A stretch of DNA of 63,451 bases, counting the filler, from Salisapilia sapeloensis CBS 127946 (taxonomy: Eukaryota > Protista > Oomycota), in NCBI GenBank assembly GCA_023334545.1. It is 16 parts of 16 records of this genome, joined end to end, with 100 filler letters (N's around TTAATTAATTAA, not from the genome) between each part and the next. Parts side by side here need not be neighbours in the genome. Positions count along the whole stretch, not along the records: positions 60,532 to 62,322 come from JAADVB010001041.1; positions 62,423 to 63,451 come from JAADVB010001346.1; 14 more parts are not named here. One strand, 5' to 3'. The position numbers and the translations under genes are program-made. Below, in pieces: positions 60,532 through 63,451 of this stretch (positions within the stretch are counted from its first letter, which is position 1; each line of letters opens with the position of its first letter). The notes under the pieces are model-generated. The model made no database searches. It was not told where the DNA came from and saw only the letters and a list, made by a program, of their open reading frames with translations.

Positions 60532-61995
60532 AGTGTCTTGGCCCGAGATTATTGGTGGCCAAAGATGTACAAATCTGTCTCGAACTACGTTCGATGCTGT
60601 GAGCATTGTCAACGGACAAAGCCAGCAGCAAATGCGGCTGCGCCTTTGGCAAGTCTGCCAGTGCCAACGGACTACTGGCGGTCCATCAGTATGGACTTTG
60701 TATTTGGTCTTCCTAAAGACAAGTCGGGTCACACTGGAATACTTGTATTCGTGTGCCGGCTAAGTAAGATGGTACATCTAGTACCAGTACACGCTAGTGT
60801 AGGCGCCAAGACGACGGCACGTTTGTTCCTGGATACGGTATTCCGTTTACACGGTCTACCCGACACGATTGTGTCTGATCGCGATCCACGCTTTACCTCA
60901 GCGTTTTGGAAGGAACTTTTCCGTCTGTTGGGAACAGAGTTGACCATGTCAACAGCGGATCATCCGCAGACGGATGGACAGACCGAACGCGTGAACCGCG
61001 TGATGGAGGATATTCTCCGAAGTGCATGTGCCGAATAACCGCAAGAGTGGAGCAATATGCTCCCAATGGCTGAATTTGCCATGAACAATGCAGTACACGC
61101 ATCTATTGGAGTGTCTCCATTCTTTGCCAACACTGGTAAGAACCCCCGACTTCCGATGAGTACCCTGTACTCGAGTCTAAGTGGGGGAGGGGATCGGCAA
61201 ACGTTTGCCTCCCGAGTTTCGGAGCTTGGCTCGAAACGGCTCCGTAAAGAGCTTACGGTATTCCTGGAGAACCGACTGAGTTTGCTAACTCGCGTCCGAG
61301 ACGCTATGGCTGAGAGCCAAGATCAGCAGAAGGAAAAGGCTGACAATTCTGGGAGAAAGAATGTAAACGTGTTTACGGAAGGCGATTATGTGTTACTAAG
61401 CACTAAGAACCTACCTACGGATGCAATTTCTCATCTTGAATCAAGCAAACTCTTGCCACGATTCGTTGGTCCTTACCGAGTAATCGGAAGGAAGGGTAAT
61501 GCATACACCCTGGACTTACCAAAGTCTATGTCCACCACCCATCCAACGTTTTACGTGGGGCTTCTTAAGCCGTATGTCAATCCCGACGGGATGGATCTTG
61601 ATGACCCTGACCCGGGGAATCAGACGTCGAAGAGTTCGACGGACGCAGCTGTGCGGTCACAGCACGGATCGCAGGATTGCTCTCGCCAAGCTGAGCAAGG
61701 ATCCGAATCGTCGCACGGAGTTCCCCGATCTCCTGATGGAGCAAGGAGTTCTCCTGACGTGCCTTCACAAGGTCGGCCTTCAAGGCCTCCACCTGCTCTC
61801 CTTGACCGGAAAGGTCAGCATCATTACCATGTAGATGGTGTGGTTGCGGAACGACATCGTCGCGGGCAGACGGAGCTGCTGGTACGTTGGAAGGGGTACC
61901 CGGACTCTCAGAACACATGGGAGCCGATTGAGTCGTTGTTGGAGGACTGCCCGGACGTCGTGTCCGCTTGGCAGGAGGCTCCTCCTCGCTCTTAG
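60532..61995 (+). mobile_element. Ty3/Gypsy chromovirus pol fragment (integrase + chromodomain) with one in-frame stop
   Basis: YWWPKM..YVRCCEHCQRTK zinc domain; SMDF, VSDRDPRF, QTDGQTERVN (DDE); RFVGPY; chromodomain VRWKGYPDSQNTWEP; TAA at 61036-61038 with the same frame resuming. Confidence 0.95.
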
Positions 61996-62322
61996 AGCGG
62001 CGCTTCGGCGCTGTTGACGGAGGGTTCGCCGAAACGGCAGGAGCTATTGGTGAGGGTTTTACATAGCCCCGAGCGTGTCCACGCTGTGTACCATTTGCCT
62101 GACCTCTAAGCCGGTCTAACTCCTTCGTGAGGCGGTACTTGCCTCGGAGTTTTGCGTACTCGAAACGCAGACGACGTTCTTCGCGAATGTCAACGTCACA
62201 GCTTCGACGAAGCAGTCGATCAACATCGACGTTAGAGAGTCGTGCCCACTCTTGGAAGGCACTCTCATAGCTCTTCCTGTCTTCACTCTTGAAGAGCACA
62301 ACAGGAACGAGACGCTGCTGAG
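61577..62322 (-). CDS. Antisense ORF of the Gypsy element (at least 247 aa, 5'-truncated), with a C-terminal coiled coil
   Basis: Open from the contig end to TGA at 61579-61577; overlaps pol by 419 bp; VEALKADLVKARQENSLLHQEIGELRATIRIL heptads. Confidence 0.55.
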
Positions 62323-62422
62323 NNNNNNNNNNNNNNNNNNNNNNNNNNNNNNNNNNNNNNNNNNNNTTAATTAATTAANNNNNNNNNNNNNNNNNNNNNN
62401 NNNNNNNNNNNNNNNNNNNNNN

Positions 62423-63451
62423 CGCTGGAAGCCGATCAAGACATCCAAAGATATGACCATGTACCGAGAGCGGCATCCATCTCGGCGCGTCGTGAAAGAT
62501 TCGTATACCGGCAGCGCTGGCTGGCAAATGCCTCGTGTCATCGTTGGCACCGGAACGATAGCAAACAATATCGATGACCTTGTATTCGGCCTCGCGTACG
62601 GCGACGAAGCGGGGATGTTGCAAAACGTGGCGTACTCGGGACAACCAGCGGCGAACGGCCAAATCCTGGAGACGATCGAGAAGCCAACGCTGGAGCACCC
62701 GTATCGCTCCACTACGCTCCAATGGCACTCCGGTACGCCCAGTCCAGCACTCCGCGGGATCGTCAAAGACCGAGATATTGTCTACATTCGAGCGACTGGC
62801 ATTCTCCAAGTGGGCAAAGACGAGCGCATTGGGTACAACCTCATCCATTCGATCGACTTACCGTCTACGCCTCCGCTTGACGGACGAGGCATCATACGAA
62901 CCCGTGGCTCGTTCTGTGTCCTGTTCAAGCCGACTTCGGATGAATCGGTCGAAGTGTTCGTCAAAGCGTACTATGAAGTGTTCGGGAACAACCTTCTCGA
63001 CTCCATCGCCGTCGTCAACGTGGCCAGCGGGCTTATGAATAATTGGACGTCCGCCAACTGTGCGAAGCAAAAGAAACTTTCGTGGCTTCTGCAGAGGAAG
63101 AACGCGAACAAGAGTGATGTTACGGCCTTCCTTGGGGCTGGCGGCGTTGAAAGCAGCTCAAGCTGTCGATCGTGCAAGAAACGGTTTGGCCCCTTACGGA
63201 AAGCGCACCCGTGCACTTTGTGTGAGTTATCCGTCTGCGGGAAGTGCGCTATCAACACGGAGTTACTTGAGATCAATCCTCGTTTACAAGTGACGACCAG
63301 GAAGGTTTGTCTCTGCACGGCTTGTGACCACTTGATTGAACAAGTCAACTCGTACAAGGTGGCTGTGGAAGAGATTCGAGCTGGACGATATGAGCACGAC
63401 GGTAGTGGGTCTACCACCGTTGAGCCGGCAAGGATCTCACAACTAACGGAG
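62423..63451 (+). CDS. START-like + degenerate FYVE protein (oomycete-expanded family), internal fragment
   Basis: 343 stop-free codons from RWKPIK; RDIVYIRATG, GYNLIHSIDLP, CRSCKKRFG..RKAHPCTLC..VCGKC..LCTAC; missing from the track because it has no start or stop in the window. Confidence 0.9.

Noticed and set aside
61036-61038. Programmed read-through in the Gypsy integrase
   Set aside because: The stop falls within the integrase region, not at a gag-pol or env boundary; most likely an inactivating mutation in this copy
61178-61192. AGTGGGGGAGGGG as a polypurine tract marking the 3' LTR
   Set aside because: It lies inside pol (LSGGG) and coding sequence continues for 800 bp; no LTR can be delimited in this contig

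Overview
Eukaryotic nuclear DNA, almost certainly from an oomycete (flagellate stramenopile). Support: short GT-AG introns (~50-95 bp), a perfect oomycete Inr+FPR core promoter before histone H3, IFT20, and oomycete-typical families (START-FYVE, PX-RING, PLAC8, PDR-type ABCG, chromoviral Ty3/Gypsy). The window is NOT one locus. It is 16 contigs joined by 15 artificial 100-bp spacers (44 N + TTAATTAATTAA + 44 N), so adjacency across spacers means nothing. Several contig ends share exact 141-bp overlaps, consistent with a de Bruijn assembly at k=141 (inference). About 27 genes or gene fragments are recognisable, including importin-7/8, BIO3-BIO1, eIF3a, an E2F7/8-like factor, SHPK, DCAF7, WBP11, a CYP, a lipase and an ABCG. 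Most notable observations: (1) a small bacterial-type HEPN/DUF4145 protein with both an N-myristoylation motif and a C-terminal CaaX box; (2) a C2H2-zinc-finger tyrosine-recombinase gene alone on a contig bounded by two different minisatellites, a candidate new mobile element; (3) a collapsed 951-bp unit that is stop-free around its whole length and encodes tandem N-glycosylation sequons; (4) a long antisense ORF overlapping a chromovirus chromodomain; (5) two segments bounded by inverted 141-bp repeats and one 12.7-kb segment bounded by a direct repeat, which may be real rearrangements or amplification/assembly artefacts. All family assignments are from motif recognition by eye; no searches were run.
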